Source: Candidatus Cloacimonadales bacterium (lineage in GTDB: Bacteria; Cloacimonadota; Cloacimonadia; Cloacimonadales; DAONDQ01). Taken from it: a stretch of 64,000 nucleotides of DNA. A program made the position numbers and the translations under genes. Below the pieces are notes generated by a model, which saw only the letters and a list, made by a program, of their open reading frames with translations, was not told the origin of the DNA and ran no database searches. Positions 19,346 through 30,020 of this stretch are shown here, one piece after another; the first letter of the stretch is position 1; every line of letters starts with the position of its first letter. The stretch covers positions 1,248,001-1,312,000 of the forward strand of contig OY759316.1 of the NCBI GenBank assembly GCA_963662275.1, in the 5' to 3' direction.

Positions 19346-20296
19346 ATGCTTATACCTATTATTTATCTGATACTTGGCTTTGTATTACTGATTTTAGGAG
19401 CTGATGGACTTGTAAGGGGAGCAAGTTCACTGGCGAAGAGAATCAATGTACCTGAAATTGCCATTGGTTTGACTGTGGTTGCTTTTGGGACATCAACCCC
19501 AGAATTGATCGTGAATATCTTTTCCAGTATCAAGGGTGCTTCAGATATCGCTTTTGGCAATATCATCGGCAGTAATAACTTTAATATCCTGATCATACTT
19601 GGGATTAGTGCTATGATTTGTCCGCTTGATGTTAAGAAAAGCACAATTTGGAAGGAAATTCCTTTTGCTCTATTCGTTGCAATTTTATGCTTGCTCCTGG
19701 TGAATAACAAATGGTTCAATCCCAATGCGATTGATTTGTTGAGCAGATTAGACGGCTTGCTCATGCTGGGATTCTTTGGTTTGTTTCTTCTTTATACATT
19801 GCACTTAAGCAAAACAGGAGCAATTACAGCATCAAATGTAAAGATTTATTCTCTTCTGCTCACAATTGGATTGATAGTAGCTGGCTTTGTCGGTTTGATT
19901 TTTGGAGGGGATTTGGTAGTCAAACAGGCAATCATCATTGCCAAACAATTCGGTATCAGTGAAAAAGTGATTGCTCTTACTATCGTCGCAGCCGGGACTT
20001 CCTTGCCGGAATTGGCAACATCAGCAGTGGCAGCTTTTAAGAAACACCCCGATATTGCCATCGGCAACATCGTCGGTTCCAATATCTTCAATCTATTGCT
20101 GATACTAGGTGTTTCCGCTTTGATTAACCCACCTTTGTATAAAACATCCTTCAACATAGATTTTTACTTGATGATTTTCTCTACTGCCCTGTTATTCGCT
20201 TATATGTTCATTGCTCGGAAACACCGTTTGGATAGATGGCAAGGCGTTTTATTCATCCTGATCTATGTTGTTTATGTGGTTTTTCTACTGAAGTAG
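19346..20296 (+). CDS. Calcium/sodium antiporter (YrbG/CaCA family), copy 2
   Basis: Colinear, same-length paralog of copy 1; start could also be GTG 19340. Confidence 0.93.
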   Translation: MLIPIIYLILGFVLLILGADGLVRGASSLAKRINVPEIAIGLTVVAFGTSTPELIVNIFSSIKGASDIAFGNIIGSNNFNILIILGISAMICPLDVKKSTIWKEIPFALFVAILCLLLVNNKWFNPNAIDLLSRLDGLLMLGFFGLFLLYTLHLSKTGAITASNVKIYSLLLTIGLIVAGFVGLIFGGDLVVKQAIIIAKQFGISEKVIALTIVAAGTSLPELATSAVAAFKKHPDIAIGNIVGSNIFNLLLILGVSALINPPLYKTSFNIDFYLMIFSTALLFAYMFIARKHRLDRWQGVLFILIYVVYVVFLLK

Positions 20297-20306
20297 GTTG
20301 CAGAAG

Positions 20307-20440
20307 GTAACAGCGTACAGCGTACAGCGTACAGGGAATAGGGATTAGGGAATAGGGAATAGGGAATAGGGATTAGGGAATAGGGATTAGGGAATAGGAA
20401 GTAGTTAGTAGTTAGTAGTTAGTGAGGTGTTAGGTGTTAG
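20307..20440 (+). repeat. Mosaic heptamer array after stop codon
   Basis: GTAACAG (CGTACAG)3 (GGAWTAG)9 gaag (TAGTTAG)3 tgag (GTGTTAG)2. Confidence 0.92.
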
Positions 20441-20456
20441 TGAGGAACGGGATTGA

Positions 20457-20650
20457 AATCCCCCCTTGAGAAGGGGGGTAGGGGGGTCTTTTTCTCTGAG
20501 CTGGGACTTGATACATGAAACCTGAAACCTGACCTTCCTTGAGTAGGAGGTGAGTTGTATGGAAATTCGTCCTCAATCCCCCCTTGAGAAGGGGGGTAGG
20601 GGGGTCTTTTTCTCCGAGCTAGTACCTGACACCTGAAACCTCACCCCTGT
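20457..20650 (+). repeat. Direct duplication of a C/G-rich hairpin repeat, each copy followed by C-rich heptamers
   Basis: AATCCCCCCTTGAGAAGGGGGGTAGGGGGGTCTTTTTCTCYGAGCT at ~20457 and ~20574, then CTGAAAC/CTGACAC units. Confidence 0.85.
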
Positions 20651-20726
20651 ATTCCAGGTTTTTCTACATTTAACATCAGATAAATATTGACTGTATTTCC
20701 GCATATACTTACTTATTATTTAGGCG

Positions 20727-21566
20727 GTGTATATGCGAATAATACATCTGATTCCCCTGTTGGGCGTTCTATTCCTTACCGGTTGTGCGACAGCAGATTT
20801 ATCAATCCTGGATAATGCTGTTCCTCTGAAAGCCAAACAATTACAAATCACGGAATATCAGTCTTTGGGCATAGATGCATTTACCTTAGCAGGACAAGTT
20901 CCTGACACACTTGGTTTTGGTGCTATTTCCAAAATCAATCAGCCCTATATTGGATGTTTAAGTGGAATTCAAGTCGGTCTTGGTTTGGGGAAAGACATGG
21001 AAATAGATACAAAGTTGTCTGGTGGTCATGAACCTATTGGAGAAGCATTTCTCATTGCCTATCAGATCAGCATGAAATATCGTCTTTACCATCCTGAACA
21101 GAATGTTTCAATTGCTGTGATGCCTGGTCTCAAGTTTCAAAAGTGTACTGGTGTTGAACTACCTGAACCTCAACTGCTTGGGCATGCTGATATGTATTAT
21201 GATGCTTCTATTCATACTATCGAGATGCCCATAATCATCTCTTGGAAAACGAAGAGCAAATACCCGTTTAATCCATTACCCGGGAAGTATCCATTTCTCC
21301 ATTCCATCATAACAAGGGTAAGTTACGATAGAATAGCGATTGACTATTGGCATTATGTGAATCCAGATAATGAAATTAGAAGGCAGAAAGATGTAAATAC
21401 TTGGAGGGTTGGTTTACTTTATAATCTGGCACTGCCCAATTGGTTATCAATATCGACCTTGAGTGTGACTTGTGGAGTTGAGATCAGTCCCTTGAACTAC
21501 AGTAATGTGAATCTCATACCTGTCATTGCCGTAGGCATGAGATTTCCGCAAAGATATGATTATTAG
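20727..21566 (+). CDS. Hypothetical lipoprotein
   Basis: Lipobox LTGC; 279-aa ORF. Confidence 0.7.
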   Translation: MYMRIIHLIPLLGVLFLTGCATADLSILDNAVPLKAKQLQITEYQSLGIDAFTLAGQVPDTLGFGAISKINQPYIGCLSGIQVGLGLGKDMEIDTKLSGGHEPIGEAFLIAYQISMKYRLYHPEQNVSIAVMPGLKFQKCTGVELPEPQLLGHADMYYDASIHTIEMPIIISWKTKSKYPFNPLPGKYPFLHSIITRVSYDRIAIDYWHYVNPDNEIRRQKDVNTWRVGLLYNLALPNWLSISTLSVTCGVEISPLNYSNVNLIPVIAVGMRFPQRYDY

Positions 21567-21804
21567 CAGGATAGGGGTTTGCGGTAGTAAACCCGTCTTC
21601 TTTTCTCTTCTGCTCTGAACTGTTCTCTGTACGCCTGTTGTCACAATTGGACTAAGATATTATGGACATCATGATAAGTTGTCTTATTAGATAAGGCATC
21701 GATAGTCAAATCTCCACATATTTACATTCTTCATTATATTCCAAAACTAATATCCCAAAACTAAAATAACATATGAACTTGCACTTCTTTGCCCTTAATT
21801 ACTA

Positions 21805-21910
21805 CCTGTTTCATACCAGTTTGATTCCTGTTTCATACCAGTTTCATTCCTGTTTCGCGAGACAGGAAAGAGATTGGATTGGGATTGGTATGGGATTGGA
21901 TATGGATTGG
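21805..21910. repeat. Inverted 11-bp periodic arrays
   Basis: (CCWGTTTSATW)4 CCTGTTTC-GC-GAGACAGG (NNNNGATTGG-type)4. Confidence 0.75.
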
Positions 21911-21934
21911 TAGTATCTTTGCGGTTTATTTGTT

Positions 21935-22016
21935 GAGTAAGACTCCGATCTTACTGCGTTGAGTATGACTCCGATCTTACTTGATTCCTTTCGTGGAGTA
22001 GGATTCCGATCCTACT
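21935..22016 (+). repeat. Three GTAG-type REP-like palindromes
   Basis: GAGTAAGACTCCGATCTTACT, GAGTATGACTCCGATCTTACT, GAGTAGGATTCCGATCCTACT. Confidence 0.75.
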
Positions 22017-22083
22017 AAATGCATTTTGCTCGTTGTGTTCATTTAGTTACTGAGGGTGAAAGGAATTTGACTCACACACACTA

Positions 22084-22172
22084 GACCCCCCTACCCCCCT
22101 TCCCAAGGGGGGAGTTAGTCTCAAGGGTGGTGTAGAAAAGTTCCACACGGGCGTACTGCCGCACGCCCCTAC
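22084..22172 (-). repeat. C/G-rich hairpin repeat plus a GTAG-type REP
   Basis: GACCCCCCTACCCCCCTTCCCAAGGGGGGA is the reverse of the 20460 copy; the minus strand at 22147-22172 reads GTAGGGGCGTGCGGCAGTACGCCCGT. Confidence 0.75.
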
Positions 22173-22182
22173 TCTGCAATTT

Positions 22183-24963
22183 TTAATTTTTAACTTTTAA
22201 TTGTATGATGTCTTCTCTTATGAAATTTGCTTTTCCAAGGCCGATATGCAGAACTTCTTCATTTTGAGAAGTCGTGCCTTTACCACCATTCAATTCACGA
22301 TACCAGTAAATGGGTTTACCATTTTTAATCATGCCAGTGACTCGAATACGTGTACCAAATGCAGGAGAATTAATCATCGTTGGAATTCCAATTAATCTGA
22401 CTCGATTGTTTGTCGGTTGCTTAATTTGCACACGCTTGATTTGAATGATATTTTTTTCCCAGGTTAGTTGAAATTCTACAGAAACATATCCGTTGCTTGT
22501 CACATTATGCAAGAGATGAACTCCGCTGCCGCTGCCAACGCACAGATCGAGCAGACCATCACGGTCAATATCCGCAGTCGCATTTCCCCAGCCGTTATAG
22601 ACCCTGGTTCCTGAGAGCCAGGTCACATCTGAGAAAGTACCATTTCCATTGTTCAAATACAGGTAGGAACGTTCATTTTCATAAATGGATGTGATGAATA
22701 AATCCAAATCACCGTCATTATCAGCATCAAACCAGTTCGGGTCGCTATGCAATTCATCATAATGAATTCCTGACTGATTGGTGATATCTGTAAACTGGTT
22801 GTATAAAATCTTCTGGTTACCGATAATAAGAGTTTTTTTGCCATCATTGCGCAGGAGCATACTCTTATCTGAAATATCCAGATATCTTGGATGAGCAAGA
22901 TTAGCGATAAAGATATCCAAGTCCCCGTCATTATCGAAATCACCCCAATCTGCACCAATCGTATGACCGTAATATCCTTTCTTGAGTTTTCCAGCTAAGC
23001 CATCACGAGCAGCAATATCCACATATTTGCCATCCTGCCAATCCCAGAGAAAGTTACGATCCAAGCGATAATTGCTGACAAAGATTTCTGTTTCACCGTC
23101 GTTGTCATAATCAGCAGGGGAGACCCCTCTGCCGGCTTGTCCATGATCATGTGTATAAGCTGGAGTCCTGAATCCCAGTTCGTTGGAAGCATCATGGAAA
23201 AAGCTCTTTTGATTATCCCAGAAGAAATCAGGATAACCATCACGGACATTCCACGTTTCATAATTAGCAAAATACAAATCGGGAAAGCCATCATGGTTCC
23301 GATCTACCCAAGCTGCCCCTTCTGTAGGGGATTTATCATTGATATCGCCAGCTCTTTCATTTACATCAGCGAATTTTCCATTACCCATGTTCTTGAATAA
23401 GCGGTCACCATTTTCATCGAGGGAAGAAGAAGTCATTACGAAGTCTAATGAACCATCCTGGTTGAAATCGGCAAACAGACCCCCATTCCCGTTGTATTTG
23501 CTCAAACCTGCTGCTTGAGTGATATTCTCGAATTTCAAGTACTTTTTATTCTCATACAAACGGCATCCATTAAAAAGCAAATCGGGGTAATTATCTTCAT
23601 TGAAATCACCGAAAGCCACACGTCCGTAATTGATGGAATCTAAGCCCGCAGTTTTAGTAATATCCCTGAATATAGGACCGTTGTATCTTTTTAAAAACCG
23701 ACACCAGTCTAATAAATCACTGGTAACATTCAACTTTTTCTGGAGTACTTCCAGGTAACCGATAGCTGCTTTATCGAAACGGTTACGAGGAGAACCCAAG
23801 ATAAGGCATTTTGTGAAAGCCAAGGCAGCTTCCATATATGATTGGGGATTGTCGATTAACTGCAGATATTTTCCTTCCCAAAATGTCTTTTCAGCTTGTC
23901 TTCCAGCATCGTTATCATCAAAGATGACAGAATTTAGTTCTTTCATCCCTGAATTCCAGGAGTCTGTTTTCTTAGGTAAAAGAAAACAGAGACTATCTTC
24001 ATTTCCATACCGGTTTAACTCAGAGAGAATTGTATAATAAGAAGCTTTTACAGATAGGAACCGCAGACGGTTCTGCCATTGTCGGTTATCTAGAATCTCG
24101 TAGCTGATTTGAATGCTATCTGTAATCTTAATCTTCATTAAATCAGAAATTGCATTTTTTGCCAGGAGTAACAATTCTTGGTTAGCAGAGCCATTCCTGT
24201 AGTTTTTACGAACATCAGGATCAAGCATCAGAGCTGTTGTTAAAAATACATAATCATGTGCTTCCTTACGTACGGTGAGTAAGGAATCCACAACACGATC
24301 GTAGTATTTTTGATTCACAAGTCCTGAAAGTCTATAATAGCGTGCAGTATTGATCCATTTTGAATGAGGGTACTGAGTTATAAATCTGTTAATCAAGTTA
24401 ATTCGAAGGCTGTCATTCCTTTCCACCGCAATATTATCTATGCTGTCCTTACAAAAATCCCGCTCAATTTCAGGAGAATAATGATCTAATAGGCTTACTT
24501 CCTTAATAAATGCATCATTGTCCATATCTGAAGAAATAAATCGAATGTAAAGATTATCCGCCGGATCTTTGAATAGTGATGCTAATTTTTCGATCAGTTC
24601 CTTCTTTTGATTCAGAAGGATTGGATCATGTGATTTCTGAGTCATATTAAATGCTAATCCAGCAGCATCAAGGTTTCTTGTGTTGATTGCTTCTGCTTCC
24701 AAAATAGTTAGTGCTTTTAATGTATCCTGTTCACTTAAGGCAAGATCAGTAAGAATTGGATATGTCCTGGCATCTTGCGGTATTTTTTGTTGTAAACCTA
24801 ATAATTCTGTTTCATTTGCTTTCAAAACAGACCACAATTCTTTATCATGACATAACTGATAATCTTCGATCGAGATCGGGTTAATAGAAAAAAGTGATGA
24901 TGTTATCCAGAAAGCAATCAGCAGTAACTGACTTTTAATGCACATAAGAATCTCCCATCTCAA
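22183..24963 (-). CDS. Secreted FG-GAP/VCBS repeat (CRTAC1/ASPIC-UnbV-like) protein with helical N-terminal half
   Basis: Repeated DFDNDGDLD-type motifs; C-terminal ELNGGKGTTSQNEEVLHIGLG. Confidence 0.85.
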   Translation of the reverse strand: MRWEILMCIKSQLLLIAFWITSSLFSINPISIEDYQLCHDKELWSVLKANETELLGLQQKIPQDARTYPILTDLALSEQDTLKALTILEAEAINTRNLDAAGLAFNMTQKSHDPILLNQKKELIEKLASLFKDPADNLYIRFISSDMDNDAFIKEVSLLDHYSPEIERDFCKDSIDNIAVERNDSLRINLINRFITQYPHSKWINTARYYRLSGLVNQKYYDRVVDSLLTVRKEAHDYVFLTTALMLDPDVRKNYRNGSANQELLLLAKNAISDLMKIKITDSIQISYEILDNRQWQNRLRFLSVKASYYTILSELNRYGNEDSLCFLLPKKTDSWNSGMKELNSVIFDDNDAGRQAEKTFWEGKYLQLIDNPQSYMEAALAFTKCLILGSPRNRFDKAAIGYLEVLQKKLNVTSDLLDWCRFLKRYNGPIFRDITKTAGLDSINYGRVAFGDFNEDNYPDLLFNGCRLYENKKYLKFENITQAAGLSKYNGNGGLFADFNQDGSLDFVMTSSSLDENGDRLFKNMGNGKFADVNERAGDINDKSPTEGAAWVDRNHDGFPDLYFANYETWNVRDGYPDFFWDNQKSFFHDASNELGFRTPAYTHDHGQAGRGVSPADYDNDGETEIFVSNYRLDRNFLWDWQDGKYVDIAARDGLAGKLKKGYYGHTIGADWGDFDNDGDLDIFIANLAHPRYLDISDKSMLLRNDGKKTLIIGNQKILYNQFTDITNQSGIHYDELHSDPNWFDADNDGDLDLFITSIYENERSYLYLNNGNGTFSDVTWLSGTRVYNGWGNATADIDRDGLLDLCVGSGSGVHLLHNVTSNGYVSVEFQLTWEKNIIQIKRVQIKQPTNNRVRLIGIPTMINSPAFGTRIRVTGMIKNGKPIYWYRELNGGKGTTSQNEEVLHIGLGKANFIREDIIQLKVKN

Positions 24964-25112
24964 AGATTGCTTAAATACGGAAATTATCTTTCTATTGTCA
25001 AGAGAAAGCGGTTTAAATCTAAAATCAATGTAATCTCAGAAATAATTCTTGCAAGATTATTCTGTATTCTTCTTCTGTATTCAACCAAAAACATGAGTTG
25101 GGAGGAAGCAAT

Positions 25113-26297
25113 ATGTATAATGAAGAAATTTCAAAGTACAAATTTCCCTTAGATAGATTCATCACGGAAGATAAATTTGAGAAGATCAAATCCTTCATAC
25201 AAGATAAACCAACGCCAATGTTGATTATAGATCTTGATATCGTAAAAACCAGGTACACAAATCTGGTAAAGAATATGCCCTTTGCTAAAGTATATTTCGC
25301 TGTCAAAGCATGCCCATTGAATGAAGTCATCACAGTATTACGCGATCTTGGTTCAAATTTTGATGTCGCCAGTCGGTTTGAATTGGATCAGGTGATGTCG
25401 TTAGGTGTTTCTGCAGACCGTATCAGTTATGGCAACACAATCAAGAAGCATGGGGATATCGAATATTTTTATCAGAAGGGAATCAGGCTTTTTGTGACCG
25501 ATTCTGATACAGATTTGCTGAATCTTGCCAAATATGCACCCGGTTCCAAGGTGTTTTTTAGACTGTTGACCGAAGGCAGAGGAGCAGACTGGCCTTTATC
25601 CCGTAAATTTGGAGCACATCCGGATATGATCTATTCTCTCATCCTGAAAGCAAAGGAACTTGGACTTAATCCATTCGGATTATCTTTCCATGTAGGTTCG
25701 CAGCAGCGTGATATTGGTCAGTGGGATGATGCTATATCCCGATGCAAGTATCTGTTTGATGCTGCAACAGAACAGGAGATAAATTTAGAGATGATTAACC
25801 TCGGTGGAGGATTTCCTGCTGAATATCTGGAGCAGACATTTCCTGTGGAAGAATATGCCCATGAAATCACCCGATTCCTGGAAGAAGATTTCGCAGATGG
25901 CTTACCGACGATATTCCTTGAACCTGGACGTTCCCTGACTGCTGATGCCGGTATAATCGTTGCAGAAGTAGTGAATATTGCGACCAAATCAAAGCACAGT
26001 TCCAACCGCTGGGTTTATTTGGATATCGGGATGTTTGGTGGTTTAATCGAAACCATGAACGAATCCATTAAATATCCTATATTCTTTGATCGGGAAGGGA
26101 ATGTGGAAGAAGTGATTCTCGCTGGTCCAACATGCGATAGCATGGATATTCTATATGAGAACTATCATTATGATATGCCCGAGACCGTGGAAATAGGAGA
26201 TAAAGTATATATTTTTACTACCGGTGCTTATACAGCCAGTTATAGTTCTGTCTATTTTAATGGCTTTCCACCCCTAAGAACATTGATCTTAGCTTAA
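25113..26297 (+). CDS. Fold-type III PLP ornithine/lysine decarboxylase
   Basis: FAVKAC, SFHVGSQ, NLGGGF, EPGR, GPTCDSMD, GAYT; GGAGG RBS before ATG 25113. Confidence 0.9.
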   Translation: MYNEEISKYKFPLDRFITEDKFEKIKSFIQDKPTPMLIIDLDIVKTRYTNLVKNMPFAKVYFAVKACPLNEVITVLRDLGSNFDVASRFELDQVMSLGVSADRISYGNTIKKHGDIEYFYQKGIRLFVTDSDTDLLNLAKYAPGSKVFFRLLTEGRGADWPLSRKFGAHPDMIYSLILKAKELGLNPFGLSFHVGSQQRDIGQWDDAISRCKYLFDAATEQEINLEMINLGGGFPAEYLEQTFPVEEYAHEITRFLEEDFADGLPTIFLEPGRSLTADAGIIVAEVVNIATKSKHSSNRWVYLDIGMFGGLIETMNESIKYPIFFDREGNVEEVILAGPTCDSMDILYENYHYDMPETVEIGDKVYIFTTGAYTASYSSVYFNGFPPLRTLILA

Positions 26298-26328
26298 TCA
26301 ATGCACTTTGCATAAAAACTTAGGGTTT

Positions 26329-26391
26329 GGAGTTCAAAAACGAGTTAATTTCTAGCGCGTGAAAATTATAACTACAGTGGAGTTGAACTCC
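26329..26391. repeat. Degenerate unit of ~62-bp hairpin family
   Basis: GGAGTTC...GAACTCC ends, 63 bp, weak internal stem. Confidence 0.5.
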
Positions 26392-26533
26392 GAATCACCT
26401 ATAATCGAGATTCTATACTAGTTTTCGAAGGTAATTCGAAGTCCAACATGCTAGAAATCAGCTTTTCAAACTCTCCGACACTCAAGTGCCACCTCTCTTT
26501 ATCCAAAGAGAGGAATGGGTAAAACGCCGATTT

Positions 26534-26577
26534 CCCTCCCTTTGGATAAAGGGAGGGATTAAGGGAGAGTTTGATTC
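26534..26577 (+). repeat. C/G-rich hairpin repeat
   Basis: CCCTCCCTTTGGATAAAGGGAGGG..TAAGGGAGAGTTTGATTC, near-identical to 62859-62902. Confidence 0.8.
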
Positions 26578-26802
26578 TGCAACAGTTTTCAGCAAGGTTC
26601 GAGAGTGTTATCGCAAACAGGTGTAATAACAATAATAATATCTATCAGCAAATATAAATACTTCATAAAAATGGTTAAGTATTTTTATTAACTACACATA
26701 TGGCTCAAAAATTGCTATTATTTTAAATAATATTTGAATTTTTTATTCGGACGCATCATTTATGTAGATGCCAAAAAAGTGATTTTAACCAAGAAGGGAG
26801 AA

Positions 26803-27900
26803 ATGGGAAAGCTTTTATTAATTGGGGTTCTCGTTATCGGTGTGGTTATTTCTACTGCTATTGTTAAATCAAGTGCTCAAGCAGCTCAATTGCCTCAAAT
26901 TGTGATCACAGATGTATCAGCAAAAGAAACCAAGAATTTGTCTAACTATGCTGCGAGATATGCCTTACAATTCGCAGAATCACAGCATTTTCCCGCAACA
27001 AGGGGATTTACAAAAAAACAGACGTTCAACAATTTCTTTTATCGGTTTGGATATATCGATAGCATTCGCTATTCTTATGTGGCTTCAAAACAGAGTTTTC
27101 TAATCAAGGCATATACCCGGACAACGATCAGCGGTAAAACTGCCACGCATGTTGGAATGGCTGGGATCAAGGGTATTAGTCCAATTGGAGGTGTGGGTGA
27201 TATTCTACACTTGAGTTTTGAAAATAACTATCTGGATTCATCACCTAATCATAATGATGGAATTGGTTATGGAAATATCCGTTTTAAAAATAATGGTTTA
27301 AATAATTCCTGCATTTGGCCTGATGGAAATGATGATAAAGTTCTAATTCCAGATAATAATTTCATGGATATGACTCCTGAATTTTCTGTGGTTGTTTGGC
27401 CTAACTGGAACTCAAATCCCAATGGTTGGATACCTATTTACTGGAAATCCTTAACTCCTGGAACTCCAAATGCCAGTACACAACCTGCCTATGGTGCCTG
27501 GATATATCAGGATTATTTATATGCGGGAGTAACAACTGCCTCGGGGCAATATATACAGGCAAAATCTACTACAGATATTAAACCTCAAGGGAATTGGCAT
27601 TTTGTTGCTATTACTTTTGGTCAGAATTATATTAAGCTATATTACGATGGTGCATTGGTAGGACAAACAAGTGCTGCAACATCCCAACCTATTAATTCCA
27701 ACCAGGATTTGATGATATTAACCATGCCTGCAACAAAGACAGTTACTCTTTCACCAGTTTTTTTCAAGGGTCGTTTCGATGAATTTGGAATCTACGGCTA
27801 TTGTTTAACTGCTACGCAAGTGCTTTCAATTTATAACAGCCCCTGTGGCATTATGCCTTCCAGTATGGGGATTCCAGTCGTTGAATACGTAAAAGAGTAG
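26803..27900 (+). CDS. LamG/ConA-like domain protein with PilX-like N-terminal helix, paralog 1
   Basis: MGKLLLIGVLVIG hydrophobic start; WHFVAITF, LYYDG, FKGRFDEFGIY. Confidence 0.85.
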   Translation: MGKLLLIGVLVIGVVISTAIVKSSAQAAQLPQIVITDVSAKETKNLSNYAARYALQFAESQHFPATRGFTKKQTFNNFFYRFGYIDSIRYSYVASKQSFLIKAYTRTTISGKTATHVGMAGIKGISPIGGVGDILHLSFENNYLDSSPNHNDGIGYGNIRFKNNGLNNSCIWPDGNDDKVLIPDNNFMDMTPEFSVVVWPNWNSNPNGWIPIYWKSLTPGTPNASTQPAYGAWIYQDYLYAGVTTASGQYIQAKSTTDIKPQGNWHFVAITFGQNYIKLYYDGALVGQTSAATSQPINSNQDLMILTMPATKTVTLSPVFFKGRFDEFGIYGYCLTATQVLSIYNSPCGIMPSSMGIPVVEYVKE

Positions 27901-28227
27901 TATAGTAGTCAACCATACCACAGACTATTAGTATGTTCGATTTTATTAGAGTTTAAACTTTTGTACGTTTAGTTTCCCACTCATTAGGACATTGATTTAA
28001 TCTGAGAAAAAGAATCTTAATTTGTTGTATTATATTCAAATAGCGGGCAATAAAGTTATTATGCAATCATTATATATTTTCAATATAATTAACTTAACAT
28101 ATATCTAGTAATAATCTTGACTAAAAATTGCAATAATATAGATTAACCCACATAATCTGCAAAAAAAACTTCTTAGCTGATTGATGACTGTATAATTAAT
28201 TGTTCTTTGCAAAAAAGGCGCTTAAAG

Positions 28228-29316
28228 ATGGGAAAACTTTTACTAATTGGTGTTATCGTTTTAGGAGTAGTATTTTCTTCAGCAATCATGAATTCATATA
28301 AAGAAGCTAATAAATTACCTCAAGTAGCACTTGAAGAAGTATCCAGTAAAGAAACACGAAATCTTTCTGATTATGCGATAAGTTATGCACTTCAATTTGC
28401 TGAAGCCCAGCATTTTCCGTCTTCACACGGTTTCAAGAAAAAGCAGAAGTTCAATAATTTTTCTTATCGAAATGGCAAAATTGATAGTATTTCTTATACC
28501 TATATTCCTGCAAAACAGAACTTTCAAATTCTAACATATACTCGGACTCTTATCAATGGTAAAAGCACTTCACATGTAGCTATGGCAGGTATCAGGGGTA
28601 TCAGTAATGTCGGGGGGAAAGGAAATTTGGCACATTGGAGCTTTGATAACAATTTTCTTGATTCATCTCCTAATCATAATGATGGGACTGGGCTTAATGG
28701 TATCCGTTTTCAGAATAATGGACTTAACAATGCGGCTGTATTTATTGATGGAAAAGATGATTATGTTACTTATCCGGATAGTCCAACCCTTGATATGCCG
28801 GTAAATTTTTCCTGGTCTTTTTGGGGCAACTGGAATTCCAACCCTAATGGTTGGATTCCATTCATGTGGAAAGCTTCATTGCCGAATGATGTCAATTATC
28901 GTAATAAGCCATCTTATGGATTATGGATCTATCAAGACTATCTTCATGCCGGTATTTTGACGCAAAACATGGAATGGATTGAAGCCATATCCACAGCAAC
29001 TGTGAAACCCCAGGGTACATGGCATCTTATGTGTATCACATATAATGGATTAACTCTAAAAATATATTATGACGGTGTAGTTGTTGGAACAGCGACAGGC
29101 ACTGTCGGTGGTCCCATATACAATTCTGACCAAATAGTTACGATAGCAAGAATCTCTCAGAATGGTTCCTACTTGTATTTTAAAGGGAGAATGGACGAAG
29201 TTGGTTTATATGACATAGTTTTTACTCCTGCCCAGGTTAGTTCCATTTGGAACAGTAATAATGGTATTTTCCCATCAACTTCAGGAATACCTATTGTAGA
29301 TTATATTAGAGAGTGA
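28228..29316 (+). CDS. LamG/ConA-like domain protein with PilX-like N-terminal helix, paralog 2
   Basis: HWSFD, FIDGKDDYV, WHLMCITY, FKGRMDEVGLY. Confidence 0.85.
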   Translation: MGKLLLIGVIVLGVVFSSAIMNSYKEANKLPQVALEEVSSKETRNLSDYAISYALQFAEAQHFPSSHGFKKKQKFNNFSYRNGKIDSISYTYIPAKQNFQILTYTRTLINGKSTSHVAMAGIRGISNVGGKGNLAHWSFDNNFLDSSPNHNDGTGLNGIRFQNNGLNNAAVFIDGKDDYVTYPDSPTLDMPVNFSWSFWGNWNSNPNGWIPFMWKASLPNDVNYRNKPSYGLWIYQDYLHAGILTQNMEWIEAISTATVKPQGTWHLMCITYNGLTLKIYYDGVVVGTATGTVGGPIYNSDQIVTIARISQNGSYLYFKGRMDEVGLYDIVFTPAQVSSIWNSNNGIFPSTSGIPIVDYIRE

Positions 29317-29369
29317 GGCTGAAGGAATTAAGAATTAGACTTTGTGGGAAAAAGTAGACAAGAATTCTT

Positions 29370-29686
29370 GGAGTCCAAATCGCCTTATCCAGATTGACTT
29401 ATTGCTAAATACTATTGGCGATTCGGACTTCAAGATTTCATACACCTAATTATATAAAAATAAATGAGAACTATGCAAAATTGTCGCTTTCCTGAACTTC
29501 CCAGAAAACGAGTTTTCGTTGCCAAGGATGAAAGGTCGTATCATGAAGTCCACTTGCCCTTTTAGCTACGTTATCAAAGAAATTTATTAGGGCAAATGAA
29601 CTCCAGATACTTAGCTTTCCTGAAGTCCGAAATTCCCTGTTTGATGAATTAGATTTTGATAGTTTTCGAAGGGAATTATGGACTCC
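29370..29686. repeat. Cluster of three ~62-bp hairpin units (one minus, two plus)
   Basis: 29370-29431, 29545-29604, 29622-29686. Confidence 0.8.
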
Positions 29687-30020
29687 AGGTAGCTTACTAA
29701 TCTCTAATCTCTAATCCCTTCCTTTACGTCATAAAAAAATTACAAATATCCTACTTATATATTGATCCAGTGACAGAGAAAATCTTCACTATTCTCCAAA
29801 CATGCTTCAATACTTGTTTTATCGGTGTTAAACTTAAGCAATTTATTGGTATCCAAATTGCATCACATATATATGGAAAAATCGTTATTTCAGTATTGTT
29901 GAACGAAGCTGCAAGCAGCAGTACCGTTCGCAGTAAACTCGTGTTTCATGCATTTAAACTATTGATATACTGAACCCTCACTAAAAGCATACTTACCCCC
30001 AAAATTAACTGGAGGTAAGT

